A DNA stretch of 64,000 bases from Ginglymostoma cirratum (GCA_024137785.1 JAHRHZ010000056.1:15314409-15378408), one strand, 5' to 3'; positions 35,931 to 51,100 are shown, counted from the stretch's first letter. Notes: generated by a model not told the origin, from the letters alone. Numbers and translations: made by a program.

Positions 35931-38025
35931 AGTGCTACTGTATTTTCAGTACAACTTTGACCTTGTGGGAAAAAATGCTTAAAAAAAGTACTCCCTTTTT
36001 CAATCAATTGCAATCCCTAGAGAGGCAAGGTATCCCAGTATGGAGGACATTTCCACATGATGCATTCAGCAGCACATGCAGGAAATTTACCCACACTTTG
36101 TTAATGAGGCTTAAGCCAAAAGACACCTTTCTTGTATTTGTACAATGCATCAGCTGCCCGGACCAGTCAAACTTGTTGCCTGAGCAACTCAGACAAATAG
36201 TTAGGGACGCTGCTCCAATCACTCTTTTGGTGTTATAATATTATGAAGGATAGAAGAATGCAGATTGTTGTTATTGAAATGTATATGAAATTAACCCTAG
36301 TGAGAAACCTAGTGAGGCCAAGTAAGTTTTGCATCCAAAATATAGTGGCATGATGGTCATTACCATCTATTATGTTATATGGATTAATCTCACTCAAATA
36401 CATCTTTGACACCATCTTCAGGCCAGAAATGCTCTCCACATCATTGAGCATATTACTTGACACCACTAAACTTGTAATATATTAGATTTGTATTAGTGTC
36501 TTACAAGTTAATTGCAAGGAGAAATGCAGATTAGCAGCAGTACCAAGATATTATAAAGGTCGAGCAATATATCGTGCGATCACATTTTTCTTTCCAAGTG
36601 GCAAAAGAACATTAACACTGCTAGATTTCATCTCATGTGAAATCACAAGAGTCCACCTCTTCCCAATCCTCGGTGGCTTGTCTGACATTACTGAGTCAAG
36701 CATTGGTGTTTCTGAGATGTTAGTTTTATATTGCTGTCAATCAAAATAATAACCAAGACAGTATTAGTGGCAATTTAGTCAAAAATATTTTTAACATGCT
36801 TCCCTTGTAGCCTGCTCCACTTCTCCATAATACAATATTGCAGTGGTATCAGATTGCTCCAAGTAAAAATAAACCGACCCACATTATGCCCCTATAATCT
36901 CAGTTCTGTGGCTGATACAGAGTAGATATCTCCTTTAACTGACAACACTACTTTGTGGAACCAACCAAATGCTGCCAGTACTGCTTTAGGATGAAGACAG
37001 TGTGGAAAAGTAGGACCAGGCTCCAAAGCATGATTTGACATTTTCTCCCTCCTTGAATTTGCCGCTAGATTGCAAACATACGGACAAGAATATAGACAAA
37101 TGATACTTGAAACACACAAGCAAGTCGAAACCATAATCGTTTAAAAAATAGTTCCAAGTCAATAGTACCTTAATGAGTCAATTGATATGCAACCTCTAAA
37201 TGAACACTGTCACTTGACATTGAATACAAATGGCACTCCATTCGTCTGCCCTGATGTTCACTCATGCTGATGGTGTCATGCCTCAAGTAATCACTTGAGG
37301 GTCCTCAGACAGACAGACAGACCTTTCAGTATGCTGCACAGTTCATTGGAGCAACTCTTTTGATTATTATTTTGGCACCTTCTACTGCCTTAACTTCAGT
37401 TAATAAATGAACTCAATTAAGAAGAGTAGTCTTTTTCTCCTTATCCTACGTATAATACCAGAACTGAAATGCTTCTTATACTAAAATCGTTGATAAGCTA
37501 GCTTTTCTTTGGAAAACTGTTACCAAAACATCCAGAGCATTTCTTCACTACTGTCAAGTATTCGAGTTAAAAGTGAGGTTGCCGATCAGTTGCAGAGTAA
37601 AACTCTTCATGACCCAACGAATTGAAGCTCCTATTTCAGTAGCATCTGTCCACTGCACTGTGTGCATACATTGGCATCCATGTGGCTGGAGACTACACAC
37701 TTTAAAGCATAAAAGGTACTGAGACGGCTCCATCTGATTTCATTCATGATGCTTAAGAGTGCCCCATCAATGTTAAAACTTTCAGCCTATGGTGAAGTGC
37801 TTTTTTTGAACTGAGTATACAAGAGGTGATATTGTAGAGCAGGGGCACTTCATATTCACTTCACTGAACGTGGCACAATGTACTTATTGCAGAAATACAA
37901 GCATCCAAGTTAGCAACTTGCTACTAAACTGGTTGATGCATGGCCAAAAGTTCAAATTTTAGGTCAGTCAAGAGCAAGTCTTCTGGTACTGAACTTGCTG
38001 TTAAAAGGAACAGAGATGAGAGTAC

Positions 38026-38136
38026 CTCATATCGCTTTTGATCCTCAGCTGCTTTTTTAATCCACATTAATTTCTCCTTTTTCTCCATTGCACTCCAAGT
38101 AGCCTCCATCGCTCTGACAGCCTTACTGCGGTCATT
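38026..38136 (-). CDS. UBTF: UBTF exon 15 equivalent
   Basis: ttag|[37 protein letters not shown]|gtactc; 111 nt. Confidence 0.97.
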
Positions 38137-41100
38137 CTAAATAAAAACAAAACAAAAAAAAAAAACACACACCGTGAAGCCCAGCATTTCTGCATTGTCA
38201 AGACTCATTCAGATTATAATCAATCTGACAGCGTGCGCTACTAAACATGTGTGCAATGCTCCACCTCCATCAGTTCTCTGGAGTACAGATTAAACAAATC
38301 CCAAAAGAATTTATTGGGCATAACCGGTGTGCCAATAAAAAAAAAGGAGGGTGAGACATTAACCCTCAAGAACACTGGCTGAGGCTGGAAGGGACTGCAA
38401 CTATGCAAAGTGCACAGAAGGCAGCATCGTCAATCGTACAAATGCTGGGTAGGTCAGACACAAAGATGTGCGATCATGCACGTCATATTGATGACATCTG
38501 ATGTCCTGGTCTGCAGGCTGACCAGTTCCAATTGCAAGAACAGCTGTAGAGGAAAACAAGAAATCAGACTTAAGCATCTGATATACTGGTAAAGAAATCA
38601 ATCGTTTTCAGTCTCTGGTCACAAGTCTTCCAGGACGCTGGTTCACCTGGTGTTTGTGGTGAAAAAAAAAACTTTTATGAAACGCATAACCTCATTTGTA
38701 AGCAACATGTTACAAATGTGTGGGTCCAAATTGAAGTATTGTTCTTCAGATTGAACAGTTTGTCGGAGTCAAAAGCAGATTTAAGGAAGTAAAAAAGCTT
38801 TGGCTTCTGCCAAACAATGTTCATTGGTACGTAGGTCGTTGACACGAATTCCACAAGTCTAGCTCATCGTGATAGTAAATGGAACATTAAAAAAAATAAT
38901 CAAGAGATCAGCTTCAGGCTCGGCTGTGATTATTCACCTTTGAATATCTAAGTAGATCTGATACAGGGCGCAAACCTGGTATGTAGCCAAGAATCTAAGA
39001 ACTAGAGACGTCACAAATAGGTACCGTAACCCACGTTTCATTTACTGTCCCTACTCAGATGAGCATGACTACAGCAGCGCGCGCACAAAAAAAAATGGCA
39101 GAGATTGGGTTTGCTACAATTTGTTTTATGATTAACAACCTTTGAAAAAATAACCAAATTGCAATTTACATCAAAGCAGCACCATGTAACTTAAGTTACG
39201 CGACTGAACAATCACACGGTCAGACAACTGCTGCTTACTGTTAACCTGTAGATAATAAAACAAACTCAAGTTGAGGTTGGAAGGCAAGACCTAACCCAGA
39301 AGGGCAGTTTAGTTTCTGACAGTCTCCAGATCAACAGAGCTGGAAAGATGTCTTAATCCATTTTAGCAGCCTCAACTTATTCAAAGGCAGAAAATTCAAT
39401 GAACTATCCTTTCTGTACGTAGAGACAAACAGAATCACATCTGCTGAACGTGCAGAAAGTTGCTGAAATGAAACACTTGAGATCTCATTCAGTCAACTAA
39501 GATGTTTTAAAGTGAAGACAGGAGTGGCACTTCACTGGGGTTGTATCTCTAAAGAACATTTCTAGGAAAATGCTGAATTTTTCACTTGCAATTTATGATA
39601 AAATTTTTCAAAATGTTCTTAAATGAATTTATTTGCAATATAATGCTTTGACAGACCACCACAGTAATCAAATTGCAAAATCAAAATCTTATAGTCAATC
39701 AAGCCAGGTTTCACTTTGAAATATGACTTGCCCAGTATTACATCGGGTGAAATTTTCTTGCAAAACATCATACCACTGCTGGAAATGGAAATTAATCCAA
39801 TAATTCCTAAGACAGAACTTCATATAAACATCAGGGAAATAATACAGCTTTTTACAAAATGCTGGCATTACAGAAGATGGATGAGGTACTTGCTCGAGTT
39901 ATGTTACAATATAATCAAATGCTGGGTTCAGTTAACTAAACAAAACACATTGCGTTAGCAGTTCAGCAGGCTACAATTTATAGGTCTGACGTAGATAATT
40001 GAGTCTAAGCAACTTGAATCAAATTATTTTAAGAAAACCATGGCAGATGCTCAGGTCCCTTCAGAAACTCAACAGGAGTCCTGTAGGTGCTTTTACATTA
40101 AAGGCAAAACTGCCAGCCAATCCCAGGCTGTTGCTGCTCCAGAATCAATTCATGGCAGAACGTGAATATAATGACACTTTCTTCAGCCCTTCCCGTGATC
40201 AGTGTGCTTTTTCAGGTCTAAGGCGCATTTTGAACAGATGCGGAATTGTAACCATTGTTTCCAGTTTCCTGGGTCGTTGCAGATCTAGAGCTAGCTACTG
40301 ATAACACTAAGAACCAGAATTAGAAGACACTTCACTCAAACATTCAAAGGTGGACATCATGACCCTAAAAATCTCCACATAACCAATCAGTTGTTCACAT
40401 TGCTGAGTTTGGGAATGTGTTTAAATCATATTGACAGACCGTTGAAGAATTCAAGACCTGTTGAAACATTTTACAGAAAATAGTCTGCAATGCTGGTTAC
40501 TGGACATGAATTCAAGAAACACTCTTGCCCAGGCCAAATTAATTGCCTTAGTAGTCAGGAAAAGCTTCAATCATTGGAACTTATGTAGATGACAGGAAAC
40601 AACAAGCCAGGTAGGAGTACATTCTGGTGCTGAGGAGGAATGTGGATAAGCAAAAGTTACACTGGCCTAGCAAAAAAACAAAAAAAACTGCACCTGAAAA
40701 GGGATTTTGCCCCATTTGACAGTAGAGATTTATACACAAAGGTTGAACAAGGTAGTTTCAGAAATGAAAACAAAAACTTTGCTTATCAGCTGCCAAACCT
40801 TAAAAAGCAAATTTAAAGACTTTGTCAGTTTTCATTCAGAAGTTAAGATGACAGCAAGAATAAACAAAGTCACCACGAATCAAAGGGTACAGACTACATA
40901 GCACAGAACTTATACGGTGCTCATTAATCCTTAAGTATTGTGTAAACTTACAGAAATCAGTTTTGATGTGTTCGTGAAAATGCTGAAGCTCTAGAGCTTG
41001 GATTTCTAGACAATTTTGCATAACATGTGGCGCTTGACGTAGGGAAGAGGAGAAAGAGGAAGACAAAAAAAAAACCCCACAGGATAGAACATACTGCTGT

Positions 41101-41415
41101 GGGTCGATCTCCTCTGGGTGTACAAAAAAAACAGATGGAACACATCAAGCAAAGCTAATGCAGCCACTTTAATATTTGAAGTCAGTATTCACAATAGCAA
41201 AAAAAAAATTCTTACATGTTGGAGGACAGATGCGCAACCAAAAATTGCACCATTTGAAAGGCAAGCACTCTGAATATCTCATACCATTGACAGAATATCT
41301 GCAATTCTCACAATCCTATCCTTGTGGAGCTTGACAGGCAGCCTAAATCTTATCCTATCTCATCTCCTCCATTCCAAGTGGTCATTTCCTCTCTTTCAAC
41401 TACCCCAGTGCATAC

Positions 41416-41589
41416 CCTGTACTTGGCCAGATAATCTCCAATCACATTCTGCTGCCAGATCTCTTCTGCAGTCTTGGGCGGCTCAGGCAGCTTTCCTCGG
41501 ATAGCAGAGCCTTTTCCGTCTTTTCCATAGCCCTGTTTTTTCTGTTCCGATTCAGCCTTTGCCGCTGCTTCCATGCGCCGATACTTCTC
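41416..41589 (-). CDS. UBTF: UBTF exon 14 equivalent
   Basis: acag|EKYRRMEAAAKAESEQKKQGYGKDGKGSAIRGKLPEPPKTAEEIWQQNVIGDYLAKYR|gtatgc; 174 nt. Confidence 0.95.
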
Positions 41590-44467
41590 CTGTTGCAGCA
41601 AAAACATCATTTTAGATCCTTCAAAATACAACGCCTTCCATTAAAACAACCCAACCAGGCCACCGAATACAACGCAATCTACTGTTAGATCAGAGCTACC
41701 ATCTGCTGGAAGGTTAAAGTTGTGACTGCAATATGGTCCTATTTCTTCAAATAACATTCAATCTCCACAAATAAGTATTCAAATAGTCCTACTAGTGAAG
41801 AATTCTATGTTCCTACAATGCCTTTGGCAAAAGAATACCATGTATGTAGATAGAAGCTTAGATTCCATCATTGCACCAATTCTTTCCAGAATACACACAT
41901 ATAGCCTTTGCCTCAAACGAACTGAAGTGAAAACTTTTAATGTATTCTTCAAAAGCAAGGTATGATCATTACTGCAAGATTTAGACAATACTTATAACTT
42001 GACAACTAGAAACAAGACTTGGAAAGTGATGAGGCCTGGTTGAGTCATAGTATTTTTGAAAACGCGTCAGGCTGAACCATCAAAACAGCCAGGCAGGGTA
42101 GAGGTTTAAGTGCAGATAGCATTGAGATTTACCATGCTAAAGATCCGAGTAAACAATATCACAACTAAAAATCACCATTCCCAACATCTGCTGACACAAG
42201 AGGAGAGAAAGGTGAGAGAAAAAGATATGCAGGATTAATTTTAATACCAGCTTCAAGCACGAAAGCACCTATACACCCATCACTTGGGGTAAACTGAACT
42301 TCCTCAAGGCTGCTGCATGGCAGATGAGATTGAAGGATGTTTGCACAATCTACTCTTTAGCCACATTACCACAGCAAATAAGTCTGAATGCTCTTTGGTA
42401 TGTTAGAATTCAAAACGCTCATCTATCTGTGTACGGCTGTCTGGTTACAGAGACAGACACAACATGGAACCACGTCAGAAGTGTCTCTCACTTTCACAAG
42501 AACTGAAATCCATGTAATAGCTTCAGGGGTAAGAATCATCCCATCAGCAGAAAAAGATCAAATGCAAAAAGATGCTTCAAATCACAAGCCGCTGACTGAA
42601 TGGCTTTCTATTCCAGGTATCGTCTCAAAACGTTGATGACGGACTTCAGTTAATGGCTTCCATTGACTATGGTGGCAACCTCAATCTATAGGGAAGATAT
42701 TGTAACAAAAATGAAGGCAGCTGAATGGGCCGCTTAACAGGAATTCTGCTCATCACCATGGCTCCGCAAGAAGCAAATCTTCCACTTCCCTATCATATAG
42801 AGAAAGGCCAGCAACCAAAAAAAAAAAAAAATCCTCTCACAGCTCTCGCTAACATTTTAGGTCAGGGGGTGTTGAATGATAATCTGACACAATCTAAGTC
42901 ATAAAGCTGTAAGGTGGTTTTCACATGACCCTAGCATTTCAATTTCTATATAAGCATTTACAGAAAGGATAGCTGGAAATATATCAGAAACCAAAATTTA
43001 ATATTTCCTGCTCCACGTCACAAACACCAAGTGCAATGCAATGCTTCACATTAGCAAATGCAGAACCTTATCAAGATCAGTCAAACCTTAGCACACATTA
43101 CACTCACTCCACTGATCTACCGCAGGAACCTGGCACTAAGCTGCGAGCTGCAGAATACCTCCAAGGCCAATTATGGTTGTGGCCAATATCAGCTCGGATG
43201 AAATAAAAGTACTGTTTCTCTAAAACAAAACCCTGAACACTTGGATGTTTCACAATGCTTGTCAACTGCACGTAGTCAAAAACTGTAAACTAAACTTGAC
43301 TAACAGTGTATGTTGTGACATGACTAAGAGTTATGCAATATCACACAACAGGCAGGGATATAAAGGTGTTGCAAAGTCTAAGCTTTTTAAGTGAAGGAAG
43401 AACATACAATTCCCACTGTTTGGGCATGACGACTCCTCAGGTGAAGGAAGACAGTGTAGCATGAAGAGCAATCATCAAAGGGTGCTCAGGCAAATTTGCA
43501 TACGATTAAGAGAGCTGAACAGAGAGACTGGATCGAAGAGGAAAATAGAGGAAGAACAAAACATCATAGTGCTTCAATTCCTATACAGGAATATAATTGC
43601 TGTCCTCCCCAAGGCTGATGCATTGAACACTTATCTTCCCTGGTAAGGAAGGATATGGAAACTATCCACACAGAGAAAGTAATTCATTGAGAATGGCCCT
43701 CTGATGTCTTTAAATGCCTATGCACCAGTTTATTTTTGAGATACTCTAGATTAAAGCTGCAGTCATAAGTAGTAGTACGAAGTCTTGCTCCAAGACACAA
43801 CATTGAAAATGTACAGCAGCTCCATAAAGGAGCAAGTATCCATAGAAAGAATCTAACTGTCTTCCTTTTAAAGTTGGTCAGGAAGAATGGAACAGAATTG
43901 CAAGAGATTCTTCCTTCATTCCAGAGCTAAGGTTCTGATTTCGAGTAAAACACGGGAAGATGATTTTCAGTTCACCACTGACTGTCAACTTCAAACCACA
44001 GTACCATTTGCTGATGCTACAAATTTAGGTCTGACCTACAGATCACAAATGTAAAGCATTAGTTTTGGAACAGGCTGCAAAAATTATGGAATTAACCAAC
44101 TCCACATTCAGATACAGAACTTTTGGTTCACACACCACTTAAAGGGCTCCAAACGCAACTGTGCTGCTTCAATCCATTCAAGCAGTGTGTCCAAAACACC
44201 AGTGGATTCTGCCTTCCAAAAAGTCAACCTGCACCCATTGCCTTTTAAAAACCAGGGCCATGAATTTCAAAGTCTAGAAAGAACTAACACACACAACTCA
44301 AAAACATTTTGTTCTTTCATTACTGTACCGACTAAACTCTTTCACCGTCCAAGTACTTAATGGTCTGTATTCCAGTCTCAGTACAAATATTAGACTGGTA
44401 AATATTATATTGTAGCCTGCCCTTGCCTAGATCCTCTTATGGTAGCTATCAGCCAAATAATTTTTAC

Positions 44468-44623
44468 CTTTTTCTTCTCAGACAGCTCAGTCCACATCCT
44501 GGCCAATTTTCTTGTCAGTTCGCTCTCCGACAGCTCTGGCTCCTCCTCCTGCATCTTCTTGCGCTTCTCTTCCGAGAAAATGAACATGGCAGAGATCGGA
44601 CGCTTTGGTTTGTCAGAAGTAGT
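44468..44623 (-). CDS. UBTF: UBTF exon 13 equivalent (HMG box 4)
   Basis: tcag|TTSDKPKRPISAMFIFSEEKRKKMQEEEPELSESELTRKLARMWTELSEKKK|gtaaaa; 156 nt. Confidence 0.97.
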
Positions 44624-46659
44624 CTGATAATAAATGTGAGAAGAGACCCTTTAACCATTTGCTTATTCTGGCAGCCGGTCTTCCACTTCCTTTACCATTC
44701 TACCTTCAAGCTGCCAGGCTTTACAATCCTTGCACCTGAAACCCCTTTCTCAGCAAAGGGTCCCATGATGTCAAACGTTTACCTCCACTTCTGATGCACA
44801 ATAAGAATGCATTGAGACCCTCCCCCAAGTGCTTAAAAGTAATTTTCTGTGCAGCTTCAAGATTTCCTGTTGTCATTTGTCCCCTCGCCAATTTGACTCA
44901 ATTCACTGTAAGACGGGAAAGTGTTATGCAAAACTACTTTCACTCTCTCCCTTCGGTTGCCTCGAGACTTTTTTTTAAAAATAATAAAAAAACAATACAT
45001 AGAACTTTACATCAAACAACATCATGAAGCTTTGGACACCCAAAGGAATTCCTTCCAAAACGACAGGTACATCGGGCTGTAGAAATCCTAACCAAATCCT
45101 GTAAAGCCATAACGGTGCAGTGAGAGGCAGACTCGCTGTCACAACGGAGTGCACCGTGTCAAATTGTCACACATATACGCCGATCAATGACCCCCTCCCA
45201 ACTATGGTTCCATAACTTTCCCACTTGAAGGCAACAATATCCAGCCAACGCTTCAGCACACAAACTGTTGGGGTAAGGACAAGATCATTCAGTACATTAG
45301 AGACCACACCACAGAAATAAATCACACATTTACCAAATTGTTTGGGTACTTATTTATTCAGGCTCTTCAGATATTTCTTCAGCTGAACATTGAACCATAA
45401 TACAAGAGAGGCAGCGACCTCTTGGGTGACCAGAGAAGCGCTCAGTTCATTCCAATTACTTGCAACTTCTCAGCCATTACAGTAGATTGATATTTTTAAA
45501 ACATTTTCCTAGTCACTTATCAATGGATGCAATCCCTCAAGCTTGGAGATGTGCCAGTGAAAAGACATTCTGACCCATGATACAACATCTCATTAATCTG
45601 GAATTAACACCATTGAAGGCAGTGAGAAAAACGAAAAATAACACTCAAAAATACAGCAGATAAATTGAAAGGCAGCAGTTTTCAGTAAGCCAACAAAATG
45701 CAATTGGACTTGAATGCTATCCCACCCAATGGCCTTTCTTTAAAAAATAAAACAGCAATGGGTGCAAGTATCATCCACTGACATTTGGTTGGTACAAGAT
45801 GTACCAAGTTGCTACACAGCAGTCTGTAAAACTTACTACTTCCCATTGCTCCTGCTCCTGATGCCCTTGCTTTAAGCATTGTCAAACGTGAAGATGATAA
45901 GATTGACAAGAATTTGACATACAGATTGCAGAATACCTAAAGCATGATTTTAGGAATGGAATATGAGCCAGCATATTGTCCTCAGTCTGCAGCACACACC
46001 AGAACCTGATGTTCATAAATGCGTATCTAAAAGCATCTTTAAAGCATCTAGAAAAGAGCTATCCTCAGTATAATAAATGCATATCTATAATAACCATTTT
46101 GAAATTATTTTCCAAAAAATTTTTGAAGACCACACGACCAGGATCATCATACTATGAGCTACGAGATGTAGATGAGAGCCAGACATGAATGTAATCTACA
46201 GGTGGATCTCTTTGTCAAATATCTTTAAAGCCGTTTTAAAATTGGGACTCCTGAACAAACAGCATAAGGTTTCTGTTCAATCACCCCGGGCCAAAGACGT
46301 ATAATTGCCAGAAGAACTTTGTGTACACCACCAGAGAAGGACAAAGTCCCAGAGATGATCTGAGAGATTCCCCGTACACCTGAAGACGAAGGCATCATCT
46401 CCAAACTGAAGACAGCATCTGTAGTAATGTTGAAACGTCCAATTGAACCTTCAGTTCCACAAGACTCCTAATTTCCATGCTAAGGATAACACAGCTCCCT
46501 AAACATTGCAGAGCCTGCTTACTGGAAAGCATGTTACGCCAAAGCAAGTGCAGCAAAGTGCCAGCAATAGGTCCACAATAGGAAGAAGAGATTTGCCAAC
46601 ACCAAAAGAAAAGCCTTCGTACTGAAAGGTCTAGACTACAGGCAAGCATTTTCTTTTCA

Positions 46660-46825
46660 TAAAAACAAAATACTGAGTACGTTGGAAACCTGAAACAGAT
46701 ACAGATACAGAAAATGCTGGAGAAACACAGCAGGTCTGGCAACATATCTGGAAACGGAAAAGTTAAAAAAAAAAGTTCCACTTTATGGACACTGCCAGGA
46801 ATGCAGAGTTTCTCTAGCATTTATT
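46660..46825. mobile_element. Degenerate palindromic Penelope-derived repeat (centre deleted)
   Basis: aaatgctggagaaacacagcaggtctggc ... gagtttctctagcattt. Confidence 0.65.
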
Positions 46826-48939
46826 CTAAGCCCAACAGTGATGCATAAACCGTATGTTCTCCATCATCATTGGCTTGTAACTGAAATTGTAAACTCACGG
46901 CCTTTCCCCAAAATTGTATTAAGAATGTCTTCCATATTGTTGACTGTATATTAATGGATATATATGCACAGATATTTTGAGCTTGAAGAACCACACTTTA
47001 AAGCAGTCACTTAAAGGCTCCAAACTTCACAAGTCAGAAAGGATACCAAGTAAGGAAGTTGACAATCAAATATGAACACTCACAGTTAAATGGCTCAGAC
47101 AGAAAACAGCAGCTCAGACTGTTACTCAAATAATCAGAATATGAATTTTGTGCAGGAAGAGGGCAAAGGTGAGAACAGCAGTGTCAATAAGCTGGCTATG
47201 ACAGATGTACAGAAACGAAGGAAGGAATGTATGATGTTACAAGAACAGCTGGTGAGGGAAAAGTCACTGAACAGAATTCTGTGGGAGTGATCAGCTCCTT
47301 TATGACACAGATCGGAGAATCTGCAGCATCACAACAAATACAGAAAACCTGAAAAAGAAGCCGATACAATCCACATACTTTTCAATATACATGTTGTTAA
47401 AGCCAATAATAAAAAGCTATTTCAACACATTTAAAAGGTGCAAGCGCAGACTTTCAATCAGATAATACAAACAAACTCAGCCAAGTGTCAGCTACAGACA
47501 TCATTTGGAGCATTTTCACATTTCATCTCTTTCAAATGTGTTGGGGTCTGATAGTAAATGACTAAAAGCTTCCAGCACTCATGCAGGGCACAATAGTCAG
47601 CCTTTGCACACTGAATTAAACTTTACAAGACTCACATTCTTGCCACAAACACTTCCCTTAGATGAGCTATTCAGAGGAGCTAATGCAGCTTGTCATCCAG
47701 TTTAAACACTAACACCCCAGTGCGTCACCACCTAGAATTGACAGTGACCTCCCATTATCAATGTAGGCCATATCCAGAAACCTCCCACACGAGTAAAGCC
47801 ACTGAAAACATCCTAAATGCAGTTAGCTATCTATTCAGAGAAATTATGCATGGCAGGAAAAGATGCCATTTAGTGAGGGATTTCACACGGTAAAGAATCT
47901 GAAGCAATGAAAGTCACCTACTGACAAAAAGGTAAAAATACAGAAATCCAGAACAGGAGGAGTTTCAAAAGCCGATATGTTAAAGCCTGCCAAAAATAAA
48001 AGATCCATAGCAACAGATTCTTCCCCTACTCCTCTGTTCATGCCCCTCCTAAAAAAAATTCTGAACTGCTGACATAGCCATTGGAATTAGCTGCCAATTC
48101 AATAACAAATACAAGACAAAGATACAGAAGCCAGTTGTGAAACTTTATCCACTTACTGCAACGGAAAATAGGTCAGAAGCAACCAGAATCAACAGATCAA
48201 ACAAATCAAGCCCGTTGGTATTTAAAATGCTGACGACCACATTAAAAACTGTATAAATTGCAGGGAGTGCCTCCAGAAAAATGTTAAAACCACACTGCAA
48301 TTCCAAAAAAGATTATTTACCAAATTTTAGACAAACATCCTTATGGTGAGTGCGTACCAGAGTGATTCACTGGTTCTGTAAACATTTGCATCATTTGATG
48401 GTGTGGGACCAGTTAATCACAATCCAAGATCAGGCCTGATTCAATGTGACACCAAGTTCAAACCAATTAAAGCAGTGTCACAAATGGAACTGAACTCCTG
48501 GGTGCTTGCAGACCCCTTTCAATGTGTACAAATGGTGCCAAGGATGTGTTCAACTTTGGTGGTCAATTCCTTATACCATAACTTGCTGACACTCAATAGC
48601 ACAGGAGTGACAGGATTCTTAGGACTATAACCAAGCATTGGTGTTTTGGACAGTATGGGAGTAACGATTGACTCAATGTTGTCAGCACTGCTATAACTGG
48701 TGATTTGAGTGGCACATACGTGAATTTTCCTTTTGCACCAACAGAAACAACCTTAATGTCTGCACCTTTAGAATCGTTGAACTCATGGAAAGTGCAAAAA
48801 AAAGTACGTGTATTGCTCACTTATAGACTGATCCATTGTTGTGTGCAAGATTGTTTGCATTATTCTGAAAAAAGAAATTCATATACTTATCTCCGACATA
48901 AACCAACTTATTGAAACAAGGAAATTACTGAAAACACAC

Positions 48940-49071
48940 CTTTGAGGCATCTGAAGGGGGCGATGGGATGCCTTTAACTCCCCCCTGTTTCAAGGTGCTT
49001 GAAGCTCTTTTGTTCATTCCAATCATCTTTTCTTCAGAAAGGACTCTTTGTTGCTCGTGCTCAGGGAGGCT
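48940..49071 (-). CDS. UBTF: UBTF exon 12 equivalent
   Basis: gcag|SLPEHEQQRVLSEEKMIGMNKRASSTLKQGGVKGIPSPPSDASK|gtgtgt; 132 nt. Confidence 0.9.
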
Positions 49072-49264
49072 CTGCCATAGGATAGGACGAAATTCTTAAG
49101 GTTTTCAAAGTGAAAAATCATAACTCAGTACAGAAAGGGGGCAAGCCCACAATCTACCATTTGAATCACACCACTGAAAAAGAACAGATTAGGATCTAGA
49201 ATCCATTCTTGGTACCTTCCAATTACAGTCACATGACATAAGAGAATTAGAGAATGGCACCTAC

Positions 49265-49306
49265 CATCAAAAACCGATGTAGATTAATTTCGTACTCTTT
49301 CTTTTT
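49265..49306 (-). CDS. UBTF: UBTF exon 11 equivalent
   Basis: acag|KKKEYEINLHRFLM|gtaggt; 42 nt. Confidence 0.93.
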
Positions 49307-49666
49307 CTGTGGGTAGGCAACAAGACAAATCAAAGAATCAACATTTGATAATTTCATAGCCTCAACTGTTCCTAATCTACTGCAAATCCAAGTTAAGGCA
49401 GCAGTAAACAATTTTAAAACAAGCCCTCTCGCAACAGCTCAGATGCTCTTTGAACAGTGAGGAACCAACAAGCAGAGGTATAAAATTTGTTTCACTATCA
49501 CCAAAGAAGCCAATTTCACTAGAACAGCGAATTGTTACAAATAGGAAGCAAATGAAAACAAGACGGAAAATGAAGCAATACTCAGTGACCACATTTGATT
49601 TAAAAGGGTTAAAAGTTTTGAACACTTGGAAGAGAACTTTCTCATTTAAATTGCCAAAATTCTTAC

Positions 49667-49808
49667 TTGTTCACATCGTTTCTGATATGCATCCTTCTCT
49701 TTCTGAGACAACATCTTCCACTGCTTGCTGCACAGTACCATACGTTCTGTGCTGGGAATATCTTTCATGTTGGACATTAGCTCAGCACAATAGAGAGAAT
49801 AGCCATTC
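49667..49808 (-). CDS. UBTF: UBTF exon 10 equivalent (HMG box 3)
   Basis: [47 protein letters not shown]|gtaaga; 142 nt. Confidence 0.97.
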
Positions 49809-50099
49809 CTGAAACAGAATGGAGAACGAGATGAGGTGTTGTTTTGTGCAGCTGTTTAGAATATTCCCATCTCAGTAATGGTACCAGAGGTTATACCCAT
49901 AAACTCAACTGCTTTGGAGTCAAGATAGACCCAAGATGACATGCCTAAGAATAAGCGCTTAGGATAAACCAATCACAAGGGTACATGATTTTCCCCTTAG
50001 GCCTGAGAATGGTGTAGAGAAAGTCAGTACATATTTATAAAAAGTTGCTTTTCTTGAGGAAATAACTGAAGTTGTACAACAGGAAAACATTCTATTGAA

Positions 50100-51100
50100 A
50101 AGTAGAAGACCACAGATGCTGGAAACCCAAAACACAATCTGAAAGTGCTAGAAATATCTTGGGCAGCATCGGTGCAAACAGACAGTATTAACACTTCCAG
50201 TTTTTGATTTTTCATCAGAACTGGGAAGGGTTAAAATGAATCAGGTTTTGGACAAGGAGAAAGGTAGGTCTGTGATAGACAAGAGAGACTGAATGTCAGA
50301 AGAATTAGACTTCCCAGAGAAAAGGAAACAGTGATGGAGCCAGAAAAGAAACAAATGTGCTTAAAGCATCTGCACTGCTGAATGAAAGCAACAAAAAAAA
50401 AAAACAAAAAAAACTTGAAACAAGAAACATGTGTTGCTGTTTATGATGTCAAATGGCTGATCTCAATTTTTGAATGGTGTAAAGATGAACAAAGAGGCTG
50501 GTGCTCCACCCTAAGTTGTACTGCAGTAAGCCAAGAAGAGAGATTTCATCATGACCAGATGGTGGAGAATTAAAAAAGACAGGCCACAAGAAGCTGACGG
50601 CCAACCTCGTCGATTTGTGCAAAGCAGACACTCAAACTGAGTGTGGCCTCCCCAGTGATCTCATAAGGCAGCAAATATAGAGAATTAGGGTGAAAGCAGG
50701 AAAACATGACATCATTTGGACAAGTGCTTGGGCTTTCGATGGTGAAGAACTAAAAAGGCAAGCACTACATCTTGTGTTTGCAGAGATTGATGCCATGGGA
50801 AGGCGACAGGGATGTTGGGGGGTAATATAGGAGTGGATCAAAACTGGAGGGAAATGTCCATTCATAATGCTTAAAAGGGAAAGGAGGGGAAGGTGCATTT
50901 GGTGGCAGCATCATGCCGAACATGGCGGAGGATGGAAGTTGATTCCATGGTTATGAAGGTTGGTGGGAGGCTGGTGAAGGCATGGGAACCTTATCATGGT
51001 TCAAGGTGAGGGCAAAGTACAGGAAACATGAAAGAGTCAAGGGTGATATTAACGATGGTGAAATTCATGAAACTGAAGGCAAACTTATCAAACCGCTTAG
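50100..51100 (-). mobile_element. Degenerate Penelope-like element, 3' portion
   Basis: Begins with the half-palindrome terminus (cagatgctggaaa...ttcatcagaac) and shares blocks with 61000-61900, e.g. ggtctgtgatag and aaaagggaaggaggggaagg. Confidence 0.6.
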
